This document shows, in pieces, positions 25,975 to 34,713 of a DNA stretch of 64,000 nucleotides. Source of the DNA: Candidatus Uhrbacteria bacterium RIFCSPLOWO2_01_FULL_47_25 (lineage in GTDB: Bacteria > Patescibacteriota > Patescibacteriia > GWA2-46-9); NCBI GenBank assembly GCA_001791325.1, contig MGEK01000004.1:8566-72565 (forward strand), in the 5' to 3' direction. Numbering within the stretch: the stretch's first letter is position 1; each line of letters begins with the position of its first letter. The notes beneath the pieces are model-generated. The model saw only the letters and a list, made by a program, of their open reading frames with translations, was not told the origin of the DNA and ran no database searches. Position numbers and translations under genes: made by a program.

Positions 25975-26894
25975 AGATTATCATTTTTTGCGGTTGTGTT
26001 GTCGTTGGTTCATTTTTCGTCATAGCGAGCAACCACGTTATTGCGCAATCAAATTCGCAGGGCGTAGGCGTTTCCATTACTATTGAGCAAACAACAACGC
26101 CGCCTCCCACTCCGCCGCCTAGCGGTGGCGGAGGAGGTGGTGGTGGAAGTACAGTTATTGTTCCATCGCCAACGGATATCGCCACATTTGTAATGAAAGG
26201 TAAGGCTTATCCAAAAGCGATAATAACGATACTGCGCAACGGCGCAGTTACTAAAACGCTGATTGCTGGAAACGACGGATTATTTGAAGCGACCATCTCC
26301 GGATTGCCTGCTGGTTTGCAGACTTTTGGCGTGTACGCGCAAGATACTGAAGGGAAAAAATCCGTCACTTTAAGTTTTACCTTAAGCCTATTGGCTAATA
26401 TGACGACCACGCTGGAGGGCTTAATTATACCGGTAACCATAGAAATATCTTCGCCGGTCGTAAATCAAGGTAATCCATTATTTATATATGGTCAGTCGTT
26501 TCCGGAAAGCAATATCAGTCTTTTTATTCAATCAAAAGAAGTAGTTAAAACGACAGCCACTAAGCCGAGCGGCAATTGGCGATATGAATTGGATACGGCG
26601 CCATTGGATTTGGGCGATCACGCGGTTCGCGCGAAAGCGCAGGCCTTAACCGGCGAGCAGAGTGAGTTTTCAGAAACCAAATTTTTTCGGGTAATACCGA
26701 AAGGAGCTCATGGGACGCCCGGCAGTTGTCCTGCGGATTTGAATGATGATAATCGTGTAGATATTACTGATTTAAGTATTTTATTGTATAATTGGGGCAC
26801 GCCAAAGAATACTCGCGCTGATTATAATAAGGATGGCAGGGTTGATATCGTTGACTTTTCAATTCTGCTTTACTATTGGGGAACGTGTGTATAG
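25959..26894 (+). CDS. secreted Ig-like-domain protein with C-terminal type-I dockerin module
   Basis: Signal peptide; Pro/Gly linker; duplicated calcium-binding segments DLNDDNRVDITDLSILLYNWG and DYNKDGRVDIVDFSILLYYWG. Confidence 0.7.
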   Translation: MEFKTQIIIFCGCVVVGSFFVIASNHVIAQSNSQGVGVSITIEQTTTPPPTPPPSGGGGGGGGSTVIVPSPTDIATFVMKGKAYPKAIITILRNGAVTKTLIAGNDGLFEATISGLPAGLQTFGVYAQDTEGKKSVTLSFTLSLLANMTTTLEGLIIPVTIEISSPVVNQGNPLFIYGQSFPESNISLFIQSKEVVKTTATKPSGNWRYELDTAPLDLGDHAVRAKAQALTGEQSEFSETKFFRVIPKGAHGTPGSCPADLNDDNRVDITDLSILLYNWGTPKNTRADYNKDGRVDIVDFSILLYYWGTCV

Positions 26895-26900
26895 TTGTAA

Positions 26901-27056
26901 GAATATGGAATATAGAATATTGAATATAGGGATGTGCTGTGAAGAATATGGAATATTGAATATGGAATATAGGGATCGTTGATTTGAGAAAATTAATTGA
27001 AGAATATAAAATTTAGAATATAGGGATCGAACGGTGGAGAATATTGAATATACATT
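26901..27056 (+). repeat. second copy of the promoter-proximal block (heptamer arrays + 128 bp identical to 21389-21516)
   Basis: Direct comparison with 21361-21516. Confidence 0.85.
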
Positions 27057-28595
27057 ATGAAAAGTGAAATTAAGTCATTTCGAGATTTGATAGTTTGGCA
27101 AAAATCTTCCAATTTAGCAACTTTAATATATGGCATTACTAACGATTTTCCCAAGAGCGAAATGTATGGTTTGACCAGTCAAATGCGCCGAGCTGTTGTA
27201 TCAGTTTCATCTAACATTGCAGAAGGCTTCAAACGAAACTCTAGAAAGGAGAAGGTACAATTCTACACAATGGCCTATGGTTCTCTTTCAGAATTAGAAA
27301 GCCAGATTGATATTTCAAAAAATCTTCACTATTTATTGGAAAGCCAATACCAAACAATAATTGAGGCAATTAACGAGGCGTCAAGGCTTTTGGACGGTAT
27401 TATTAGAGCCACTAACAGAACTCACAACGATCGTTTTTTTTCGCCTGCCATCTCTGTACTACTTGCCGTTGCGATCTCTGTATTCTATATTCAATATTCT
27501 ATATTCCCAACAGCGCCTGCCGGCGCTGTTTCGTCCGTGCGGCTTTTTTTTATTCCGGAAAATTCCGAGGTCGTTGCCGGTGATATTATAAAAAGTGACA
27601 TTTGGGTAGACACGCAGGGAAATACTATCAATGCGGTGGATATTAGTGTTTCTTATGATTCAATGGTTGAGCTTTTAAGCGCGGAGAAAAATGATTCAAT
27701 TTTGAATTTATGGGTTGAGGAACCGAGCTTTTCCGATACTACGCGCCGCGCTAAATTTACCGGCGGCCGTACTGGCGGGTTTGAGGGTCGGGGAATAATT
27801 GGGCAGTTGTATTGGAGAAATGAAAACGCCGGGGGAAAAGCAACTTTAGGCTTTGATGAGTCGTCTGTTGTTTTATTAAATGATGGATTGGGTACTCCAG
27901 CGGAGCTAGAGAGACGACAATCGGATTATAATATATTGGCCAAGGGAGAGGGTTTATTGAATTTATCTTCGGCCTCGCACCCGGATGAAAATAAATGGTA
28001 TAATCAGCCGTTTGTGCGTTTAAGTTGGCCGACAATAGAAGGCGCGATTTACAGCTATTTAGTTACGAGGGATCCGGCTCAACTACCAGATGACACGTTG
28101 GACGAGCCAGTAGGCAATATTAAGCTAAGCGACCTGACGGACGGCGTATATTATTTTAAGCTTAAACAAAAAAAACTCGGCGAAGAAGGGTGGTCCAGTG
28201 TTGTTTCCAGACAAATTAAAATTGACAAAACGCCGCCGGAATTTATTGAGGCAAAGATTTCACGTGATTCGGAACTTGTTCAAAATAAGTATTTCGCGAG
28301 CTTTGCCGCTAACGACAAGGCATCTATAGCTCGTTATGAAATAATTGAAGGGGATAGCGCTCCGGAGCCGATATTGCAGCCGCCATTTATTTTAAAAAAT
28401 CAAGATAGAAGCGTGGCCGTTACAATTAGAGCCATTGACGCGGCCGGTAATTACAAGGACATAATTATACCGGCCCTGACTTGGTGGCAAAGGCCGTCAA
28501 TTATTTTATATGTGAAAATAGGGCTTATTGTCGGGCTAGCTCTAATTGCAGCGGTGATAATAATTGTGATTATCAGGAGAAAAAAATCAATATAA
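27057..28595 (+). CDS. four-helix-bundle (Avd/23S-IVS-like) domain fused to TM, cohesin-like domain, Ig-like domains and C-terminal TM anchor
   Basis: N-terminus FRDLIVWQKSSNLATLIYGITNDFPKSEMYGLTSQMRRAVVSVSSNIAEGFKRNS. Cohesin-like INAVDISVSYDSMVELLSAE...LWVEEPSFSD. (TATATTC)4 at 27479-27506. Terminal TM + RRKKSI. Confidence 0.65.
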   Translation: MKSEIKSFRDLIVWQKSSNLATLIYGITNDFPKSEMYGLTSQMRRAVVSVSSNIAEGFKRNSRKEKVQFYTMAYGSLSELESQIDISKNLHYLLESQYQTIIEAINEASRLLDGIIRATNRTHNDRFFSPAISVLLAVAISVFYIQYSIFPTAPAGAVSSVRLFFIPENSEVVAGDIIKSDIWVDTQGNTINAVDISVSYDSMVELLSAEKNDSILNLWVEEPSFSDTTRRAKFTGGRTGGFEGRGIIGQLYWRNENAGGKATLGFDESSVVLLNDGLGTPAELERRQSDYNILAKGEGLLNLSSASHPDENKWYNQPFVRLSWPTIEGAIYSYLVTRDPAQLPDDTLDEPVGNIKLSDLTDGVYYFKLKQKKLGEEGWSSVVSRQIKIDKTPPEFIEAKISRDSELVQNKYFASFAANDKASIARYEIIEGDSAPEPILQPPFILKNQDRSVAVTIRAIDAAGNYKDIIIPALTWWQRPSIILYVKIGLIVGLALIAAVIIIVIIRRKKSI

Positions 28596-28601
28596 ACATA
28601 T

Positions 28602-29996
28602 ATGCGAGGGTGGGCGCTTAAATTATTCGTTTCAATTTGCCTAATAACGCTAACGAGTGTCACTGAAGTAAATGCTGCTGGCACCGCTTCTCTATCCCTC
28701 TCGCCGTCACAGGGCGCGTTTATTGTTGGCAACTCTTTTGATGTTTCCATATTTGTTAATACCAATGGCAATGATATTAATACGATAGAGGTTAATGTAA
28801 AATTTTCGCCAGATACCTTGCAAATAGTCAGTCCCAGCGCCGGTCAATCATTTATTTCGGTATGGATTACCCAACCTACGTTTTCCAATGAGCAGGGGAC
28901 TATTCATTTTGCCGGAGGGCTTCCTTCGCCAGGCATTAATACCACGGCTGGACTTGTTTCCACTATAACATTTAGGGCAAAAGCTCCGGGCACTGGCACC
29001 ATAGAAATTTTACCTAACTCAAAAGTTCTCTTGAACGACGGAAAGGGAACAAATATTTTAACTTCAGTTACCAAGGGCTCATACAGTCTAACTTTAGCGG
29101 CTCCTGGCGGTCCAGAAATTTCGTCCTCTACTCATCCTGACCAAAACGCCTGGTATAAAAACAATAATCCGGTTTTTAGCTGGACACGAGGTTTAAGCGC
29201 GGCGCAACCGGTTGAAAATATGACGGAATTTAGCTGGTGGTTTGATCAGGATCCAAGAGGGTATGCTGATAATAAAGCTGACGGAACGGGCTTAAACGCT
29301 TCATATAGCGACGTTCAGAGTGGTATTTGGTATTTCCACGTAAAAGGCAAAATTAGCGATTTATGGGGGCAACAAAGCTCATACGCGGTGCGTATAGATA
29401 ACACGCCGCCAGCCGCTTTTACGCCAAACATATCGCCGGACGGATCAAAGCCAAATGAGCGGCGCATCGTGTCATTTACTACTACTGATCAGCATTCCGG
29501 CCTTGATCATTACGAAGTTAAAGTATTGCCGCTTGATGAAAATACTGGCGCGGAGCCATTTTTTACTGAACATACGAGTCCGTGGCTGACCACTTCTTTG
29601 GGTATTGGTCGCTATCAAATAATTGTGCGCGCTTTTGACAAGGCTGGGAACTGGCAGGATGGGACTTTGACAATCACGAATGAACCGCCGCCGCCAACCT
29701 TAAAAGAGAAATTCAATCAGGGTATTATAGTGAATGGAAGATTCATTGCCTGGTGGATGATTCTTACCGGCAGTATTATTTTATTGCTGTTACTGCTGCT
29801 CATTTTGATATTGTGGCGCCGCGCGCATGAGGATGTTTCAGAGCAAATACAAGAGACTTTGGAAAAAGCGCACGAGCGCTTGCGGCGCCAGCATGGAAAA
29901 ATTGCCGCTGAACTTAAAGAAGAAGAGGAGGTTAAAGAAGTGTTAAGTCAGGAATTAAAAGATTTAGAAAAGGACGATCACGATAAGGGAGAGTAG
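28602..29996 (+). CDS. cohesin-like-domain surface protein with C-terminal TM anchor and charged coiled-coil tail
   Basis: Signal peptide; IEVNVKFSPDTLQIVSPSAGQSFISVWITQPTFSNEQGTIHFAGGLPSPG...TITFRAKAPGTGTIEI resembles the cohesin fold signature; THPDQNAWY domain; TM LTGSIILLLLLLLILILW. Confidence 0.55.
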   Translation: MRGWALKLFVSICLITLTSVTEVNAAGTASLSLSPSQGAFIVGNSFDVSIFVNTNGNDINTIEVNVKFSPDTLQIVSPSAGQSFISVWITQPTFSNEQGTIHFAGGLPSPGINTTAGLVSTITFRAKAPGTGTIEILPNSKVLLNDGKGTNILTSVTKGSYSLTLAAPGGPEISSSTHPDQNAWYKNNNPVFSWTRGLSAAQPVENMTEFSWWFDQDPRGYADNKADGTGLNASYSDVQSGIWYFHVKGKISDLWGQQSSYAVRIDNTPPAAFTPNISPDGSKPNERRIVSFTTTDQHSGLDHYEVKVLPLDENTGAEPFFTEHTSPWLTTSLGIGRYQIIVRAFDKAGNWQDGTLTITNEPPPPTLKEKFNQGIIVNGRFIAWWMILTGSIILLLLLLLILILWRRAHEDVSEQIQETLEKAHERLRRQHGKIAAELKEEEEVKEVLSQELKDLEKDDHDKGE

Positions 29997-30020
29997 CGGG
30001 TAGTGGCAGTTTTGAGTTGA

Positions 30021-30126
30021 AGAATATAGAATATTGAATATGGAATATGGGTATTGAACCGCGAAGAATATAGAATTTAGAATATGGGTTTGAAATTAGA
30101 AGATATAGAATTCAGAATATAGGTGT
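30021..30126 (+). repeat. heptamer arrays (AGAATAT AGAATAT TGAATAT GGAATAT; AGAATAT AGAATTT AGAATAT; AGAATTC AGAATAT) upstream of 30127
   Basis: Read directly; same family as 21361-21431. Confidence 0.8.
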
Positions 30127-31527
30127 ATGAAAAGCGAAATTAAATCGTTTAGAGATTTGATTGTGTGGCAGAAGGCAGCCGCCCTTGTGTTGATCGCTAT
30201 ATTCTATATTCTATATTCTATATTCCCAATCTCGCCAGCTAACGCTGGCTCTGCCTCACTCTCATTGGTTTCCTCAAAGCGAACTTACACCGTCGGCGAA
30301 AATGTCGCGGTTAGCGTTATTTTGAGCACGGGAGATGTTAGCATTAACGCGGCAAGCGCTACGATTACGTTTGACCAAAAGAAGCTCTCAGTAGTAAGCG
30401 TTTCTCGTTCCGGTTCAGTCTTCACTTTATGGGCGGAAGAACCAACCTTTTCAAATTCTCAAGGAGTAATTAGTTTGGGCGGAGGGTTGCCAACGCCGGG
30501 TTTTTCCGGTAGGGGAGCGATTATTATCAGAATTACTTTTCGGGCAAAAGAAGAAGGCACAACGGCTGTCAGATTTGCCGGCGGAACGGTTTTGGCGAAT
30601 GACGGACTGGGCACTAATGTTTTAGCAGGACTCACTGGTCTTGATTTAACTATTCAGGGAAGGGCGGTCGTTACAACGCCGCCGGAGAAACCCCTAGAAA
30701 GAGCGCCGGTTGTTACCCCACCAGGTCAAGTGCCGTTGGCGCCGGTTATTTTGTCGCGTACGCATCCTGACGAGTCTGGTTGGTATCGCAATGCCCAGCC
30801 GGGTATTATTTGGGAATTACCGTCTGATGCTAAGGGAGTAAGTGTTAGTATTGATCAAAACGCGAATGGTGATCCCGGCACAACCTCTGAAGGGCTATTT
30901 AACTTTTACAGCGCCAAGGAGCCGCTTAAAGATGGCGTTTGGTACGCCCATGTCAGGGTAAGCAATAGTCGCGGTTGGGGGGCGATTGGTCATTACCGCT
31001 TAGCTATTGATACCGCGCCGCCGATGATTACAACGGCAAAATTGGTGTTTGAAGCAGCCAGAACCAAGGCCATAGAATTTGCCACTAGCGACCCCTTATC
31101 ATCAACCGACTATGTATCTATTTTAGTCAATGGAGAACAGGTCGCCTCGCAAGCTAGCTCGCCATACACCTTACCGTCATTAATTCCCGGCAATCATGTG
31201 ATTACAGTAATAGCCTATGATAAAGCAGGCAATAAAGCGTCCCAGGATCTCTATTTGAGCATTTTGAGCCAAGAAATATCAAGCGCGCCAAGAACAAGTC
31301 TTTTAATCATTATCATTCTTATTCTCGCCTTGATTTTGCTGGTTATATTTATCATCTGGCACTTCTATGAACGCCATCATCGCCGGGCCATTTTGGAAGA
31401 ATTAGCCAAAACCAGGCGAGAGCTTAAAGGAATGTCGCAAAAGTTACGCTCACTGGAGGGTAAATTAAATGCCCATGCTAATGCAAATGTCAGTGAAAAG
31501 TCCCAAACAACAATTAAAAAAATATAG
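30127..31527 (+). CDS. cohesin-like-domain surface protein whose N-terminus retains only the first ~19 codons of the 4HB module (MKSEIKSFRDLIVWQKAAA) joined directly to the (TATATTC)4-encoded TM segment
   Basis: Compare MKSEIKSFRDLIVWQKAAALVLIAIFYILYSIFPISPANAG with the 21517 protein; heptamer array at 30198-30225; cohesin-like ATITFDQKKLSVVSVSRSG...LWAEEPTFSNSQG. Confidence 0.65.
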   Translation: MKSEIKSFRDLIVWQKAAALVLIAIFYILYSIFPISPANAGSASLSLVSSKRTYTVGENVAVSVILSTGDVSINAASATITFDQKKLSVVSVSRSGSVFTLWAEEPTFSNSQGVISLGGGLPTPGFSGRGAIIIRITFRAKEEGTTAVRFAGGTVLANDGLGTNVLAGLTGLDLTIQGRAVVTTPPEKPLERAPVVTPPGQVPLAPVILSRTHPDESGWYRNAQPGIIWELPSDAKGVSVSIDQNANGDPGTTSEGLFNFYSAKEPLKDGVWYAHVRVSNSRGWGAIGHYRLAIDTAPPMITTAKLVFEAARTKAIEFATSDPLSSTDYVSILVNGEQVASQASSPYTLPSLIPGNHVITVIAYDKAGNKASQDLYLSILSQEISSAPRTSLLIIIILILALILLVIFIIWHFYERHHRRAILEELAKTRRELKGMSQKLRSLEGKLNAHANANVSEKSQTTIKKI

Positions 31528-31578
31528 GTCGTAAGATGTCAGATAGTAGTTAGGAGTGTTTGTAATTAATATCAACCA

Positions 31579-31610
31579 GAAACTATCATACTATATAGTA
31601 TGATAGTTTC
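31579..31610. repeat. perfect 32-bp palindrome GAAACTATCATACTAT|ATAGTATGATAGTTTC, with an imperfect second copy at 51294-51325
   Basis: Checked base by base. Confidence 0.75.
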
Positions 31611-31698
31611 CGCACAAGAGGTGCTAGAAACACCCACAATGAACATGGGCATTCGCGTGCCTTGACTGTATCGTTAGGTTTTTGTAATATGTATGAAT

Positions 31699-31802
31699 CC
31701 CGCACCATGGCTTAACGGCCATGGTATCTGATTAACACTCTTCGGGAATTTTTTAGACATTATGACCCACGCTGATGCGTGGGGTATCCTGCATGGTGCT
31801 GG
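31699..31802. mobile_element. MITE-like element family 2 (TIR ATCCCGCACCATG / CATGGTGCTGGAT), copy E1
   Basis: Terminal inverted repeats; internal CACGCTGATGCGTGG hairpin shared with the copy at 52163. Confidence 0.55.
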
Positions 31803-31833
31803 ATGAACTTAAACTCGCATTATAAATAAAGAT

Positions 31834-32148
31834 ATGAATACAGCCGTCATCAAAACTGGGGGTAAACAATATTTGGTTAAGCCTGACCAACGACTTAAGG
31901 TTGAAAAACTAACCGGTGAAGTCGGCGCGGAGGTAGTTTTTAGCGACGTTTTGTTGGTTGCCAATAATGATCAGCTTATAGTCGGTCAACCAGTGGTAAA
32001 AGAGGCAAAAGTGACAGCCACGATTGCCAAGCAGGGTAGAGGCAAAAAAATTATCGTGCAAAAATATAAACCCAAAGTTCGTTATCAAAGGAAGCGCGGT
32101 CATCGTCAACCGTTCACAGAGATCGTTATTGGAAATATAGAGTATTAA
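31834..32148 (+). CDS. rplU: 50S ribosomal protein L21
   Basis: AVIKTGGKQYLV...KVTATIAKQGRGKKIIVQKYKPKVRYQRKRGHRQPFTEI. Confidence 0.9.
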   Translation: MNTAVIKTGGKQYLVKPDQRLKVEKLTGEVGAEVVFSDVLLVANNDQLIVGQPVVKEAKVTATIAKQGRGKKIIVQKYKPKVRYQRKRGHRQPFTEIVIGNIEY

Positions 32149-32253
32149 CCCCATTAGAGAATGCCCCGCCCCGCTACGCCACGGCGGGGTGCGGGGTGCA
32201 ATTTTCCCATACGAGCACGGGGTCTAATGCCCCGTGCGAGTTCTCTAACGGGG
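32149..32253. mobile_element. MITE/RPE-like element family 1, copy 2 (CCCCATTAGAGAATGCCCCGC...CTCTAACGGGG)
   Basis: TIRs; flanked by TTAA / TTAAC direct repeat; begins immediately after the rplU TAA. Confidence 0.65.
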
Positions 32254-32259
32254 TTAACT

Positions 32260-32319
32260 TACGAAAATACGAAATAATACGAAAGTACGAAATTGATCTT
32301 GACTTACGAAAGTACGAAA
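32260..32319 (+). repeat. six TACGAAA units with 8-10 bp spacing
   Basis: Units at 32260, 32268, 32278, 32286, 32305, 32313. Confidence 0.7.
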
Positions 32320-32322
32320 AGA

Positions 32323-32970
32323 TTAGATTTCTTTTCTATTAAGGAAAGCGCTTTGCAATGTTGCTTCATCCGCGTATTCCAGCCGTGAGCCAGTGGGCAG
32401 GCCTCTGGCTAGACGCGTAATTTTGATTTTAGTTGGTTTTAATAGTTTGGCTAAGTATAAGGCCGTGGCGTCTCCTTCTAAATTGTTATTAAGCGCTAAA
32501 ATAATCTCAATAATTCCGTCTGATTTAATTCTTTCATAAAGCTCTTTAAATCTAAGCTGTTTAGGATTAATGCCCTCAATTGGGTTAAGTAGGCCCCCTA
32601 GCACAAAGTATAGCCCGTGGTAAAGATTTGTTTGTTCAATGGGAAAAATATCGCGCCCTTCGGCAACCACGCATAATTCCATCTTGTTTCTTTTGACATT
32701 ACCGCATATAGAGCAGATTGATTTCTCGCTAAATTGTCCGCATTGTTTACAGGCAGTGACTTGTTTGTGAAGATTTAAAATTGAAGTAGCCAACAGCGCG
32801 GCTGTTTCTTGTTTGCCTTGCAACAGCGAAAAGGCAAATCTTTCCGCGGTACGGCGTCCAATGCCGGGTAAAACCATAAAGGCTTCAATGGCGCGACGTA
32901 ATGGTTCTGGATAGCGAGACATACCCCGTATATCAACATTCATAGGCAAACACTGCACGGCGTTTGCCAA
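32323..32970 (-). CDS. recR: recombination protein RecR (probable true start at Met 17, near 32922)
   Basis: YPEPLRRAIEAFMVLPGIGRRTAERFAF; C4 zinc finger CKQCGQFSEKSICSIC; Toprim domain. Confidence 0.85.
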   Translation of the reverse strand: MANAVQCLPMNVDIRGMSRYPEPLRRAIEAFMVLPGIGRRTAERFAFSLLQGKQETAALLATSILNLHKQVTACKQCGQFSEKSICSICGNVKRNKMELCVVAEGRDIFPIEQTNLYHGLYFVLGGLLNPIEGINPKQLRFKELYERIKSDGIIEIILALNNNLEGDATALYLAKLLKPTKIKITRLARGLPTGSRLEYADEATLQSAFLNRKEI

Positions 32971-33093
32971 TCAATATAAGCTGATACCCAATGTTTATTA
33001 GATATTGGTAATCAGCAAAGAAGTTCATATGATAACAATTTTGTAATGAATGTTGTATTACGGGGCATAGCAGTTGGAGCTATAAGCCGTAAG

Positions 33094-34479
33094 CTAAAAT
33101 ACCGGCACTCCTTGATCCTGCTGCCGCTCAAGATTTTGGAAGCTTACTCGGCCTTCGTCAAAGTATAATTCCACGACACCAGTCGGTCCATTACGGTGTT
33201 TTTCTATTCTAATTTGAGCAATATTACGTTCCTCTGGCGATACATCGCGAACGCTGCGATCCATGGCCTTCCTGTATATAAATAAAACAACGTCCGCGTC
33301 TTGCTCTATGGTTCCAGAATCGCGCAAGTCGGCGAGTTTAGGAATGGCCGGACTACGAGCTTCCACCGCCCTAGACAGTTGCGACAACGCTAATATCGGT
33401 ATATTTAACTCACGCGCCAAGCTTTTAAGGGCTCTGGTGATTTCAGATATTTCTTGCACGCGGTTGTCTGATTTGGTGCGCGATTCCATAAGTTGTAAAT
33501 AATCAATTATCAGTAGCCCCAGTCCTTTTTCCATCTGTAAACGGCGGGCTCTGGCGCGTATTTCCATAATATTAGCCGTGGCTCCGTCGTCAATATATAT
33601 TGGAGCATTAGATAAAACATCCATAGCGTGACCAATTCGGCTAAAATCATTATCGTCGCCTTTGTCAGAAAGACGACCAGTGCGCATTCGCCAGAGATCA
33701 ACGCCCGCCTCAGCGCACAGCATTCTATCCACAAGCTGTTCTTTAGACATTTCCAGACTAAAAATACCAACCGGTATTTTTGACTGAATAGCGGCATGGC
33801 GAGCTATATCCAGAGCTAATGAGGTTTTACCAACCGAGGGCCGCGCGGCAAGTATAATTAAATCTGATTTTTGCATACCAGCCAGCTTAGCGTCCAACTC
33901 TTTAAATTGCGTTGGTATTCCCCTGAGCTTCCCTCCTTCATGATGTAATTCATCAATGCGTTCAAATGCTTCGTTGAGCAGTGATTTTATTGATATGAAG
34001 ACATGGCGAAGATATTTTTGAGTGACAGAAAACAATGTTCGTTCGGCTTGATCTAAAGTGTTATCAATATCTGGTTCCTCTTCGTATCCTAGACCAGTAA
34101 TTTTTACACCCGCTTCCAGTAGCCGCCGAAGAGTCGCCTTCCGTTGAACAATACCAGCATAGTTATCCGCATGGGCGGCCGTGGGCACGGCGTTTACCAA
34201 GCTGACTAGGTAACTTTGACCGCCTATAATTTGAAGTTGCTTTTTTTCATCCAGACGGTTGCTGATGCTTAGTATATCTATTGGTTCATGTTTTAAGAAA
34301 AGATCCATCATGGCCTCATAAATAAAGCGATGAGCATCCCTGTAAAAATCTTCTGCCGTGACAAGATCAATAACCCTAAAGACCGCTTCTTTGTCCAGCA
34401 ATAGGGCGCCCAGTAAGGACTGTTCAGCCTCCAAATTTTGGGGCGGTACTTTGATTACTTCATTTGTATCTGCGGGCAT
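33094..34479 (-). CDS. dnaB: replicative DNA helicase DnaB
   Basis: N-terminal DnaB domain; Walker A LIILAARPSVGKTSLALD; RecA-like C-terminal domain. Confidence 0.9.
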   Translation of the reverse strand: MPADTNEVIKVPPQNLEAEQSLLGALLLDKEAVFRVIDLVTAEDFYRDAHRFIYEAMMDLFLKHEPIDILSISNRLDEKKQLQIIGGQSYLVSLVNAVPTAAHADNYAGIVQRKATLRRLLEAGVKITGLGYEEEPDIDNTLDQAERTLFSVTQKYLRHVFISIKSLLNEAFERIDELHHEGGKLRGIPTQFKELDAKLAGMQKSDLIILAARPSVGKTSLALDIARHAAIQSKIPVGIFSLEMSKEQLVDRMLCAEAGVDLWRMRTGRLSDKGDDNDFSRIGHAMDVLSNAPIYIDDGATANIMEIRARARRLQMEKGLGLLIIDYLQLMESRTKSDNRVQEISEITRALKSLARELNIPILALSQLSRAVEARSPAIPKLADLRDSGTIEQDADVVLFIYRKAMDRSVRDVSPEERNIAQIRIEKHRNGPTGVVELYFDEGRVSFQNLERQQDQGVPVF

Positions 34480-34480
34480 A

Positions 34481-34602
34481 CCCCGTTAGAAGCCCTCGGC
34501 CCCGCTATGCGGGGCTGTGGTGATTAAAATATTTAATTGGTTGATAGATTGTACCATAACTATAAGGATTGATGATTATATTAAATTAGGCTTCTAACGG
34601 GG
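34481..34602. mobile_element. MITE/RPE-like element family 1, copy 3, abutting the dnaB start codon (element...GGGG-T-ATG on the minus strand)
   Basis: TIRs CCCCGTTAGAAG / CTTCTAACGGGG; CATA direct repeats at both flanks. Confidence 0.65.
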
Positions 34603-34713
34603 CATACTGTTAACTTTATAACGGGCTTATGCTTTGGGCAAGAGGAAAGAATGGGGGCTGTCTGTGGATTATTGCGTTTATGTGCCTTATGCTATCATAT
34701 AAAGCAGTAATAT

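Noticed and set aside
21361-30225. Possibility that the heptamer arrays or nested tRNA repeats are a CRISPR array
   Set aside because: Units are 7 bp with 0-9 bp spacers, or are tRNA-derived palindromes. There are no 25-40 bp repeat / unique spacer organisation and no cas genes.
21517-31527. Calling a diversity-generating retroelement because of Avd-like 4HB domains
   Set aside because: No reverse transcriptase gene is present. No template/variable repeat pair (about 100 bp repeats differing at adenines) was seen in the window. The Avd relationship is only mentioned as family-level context.
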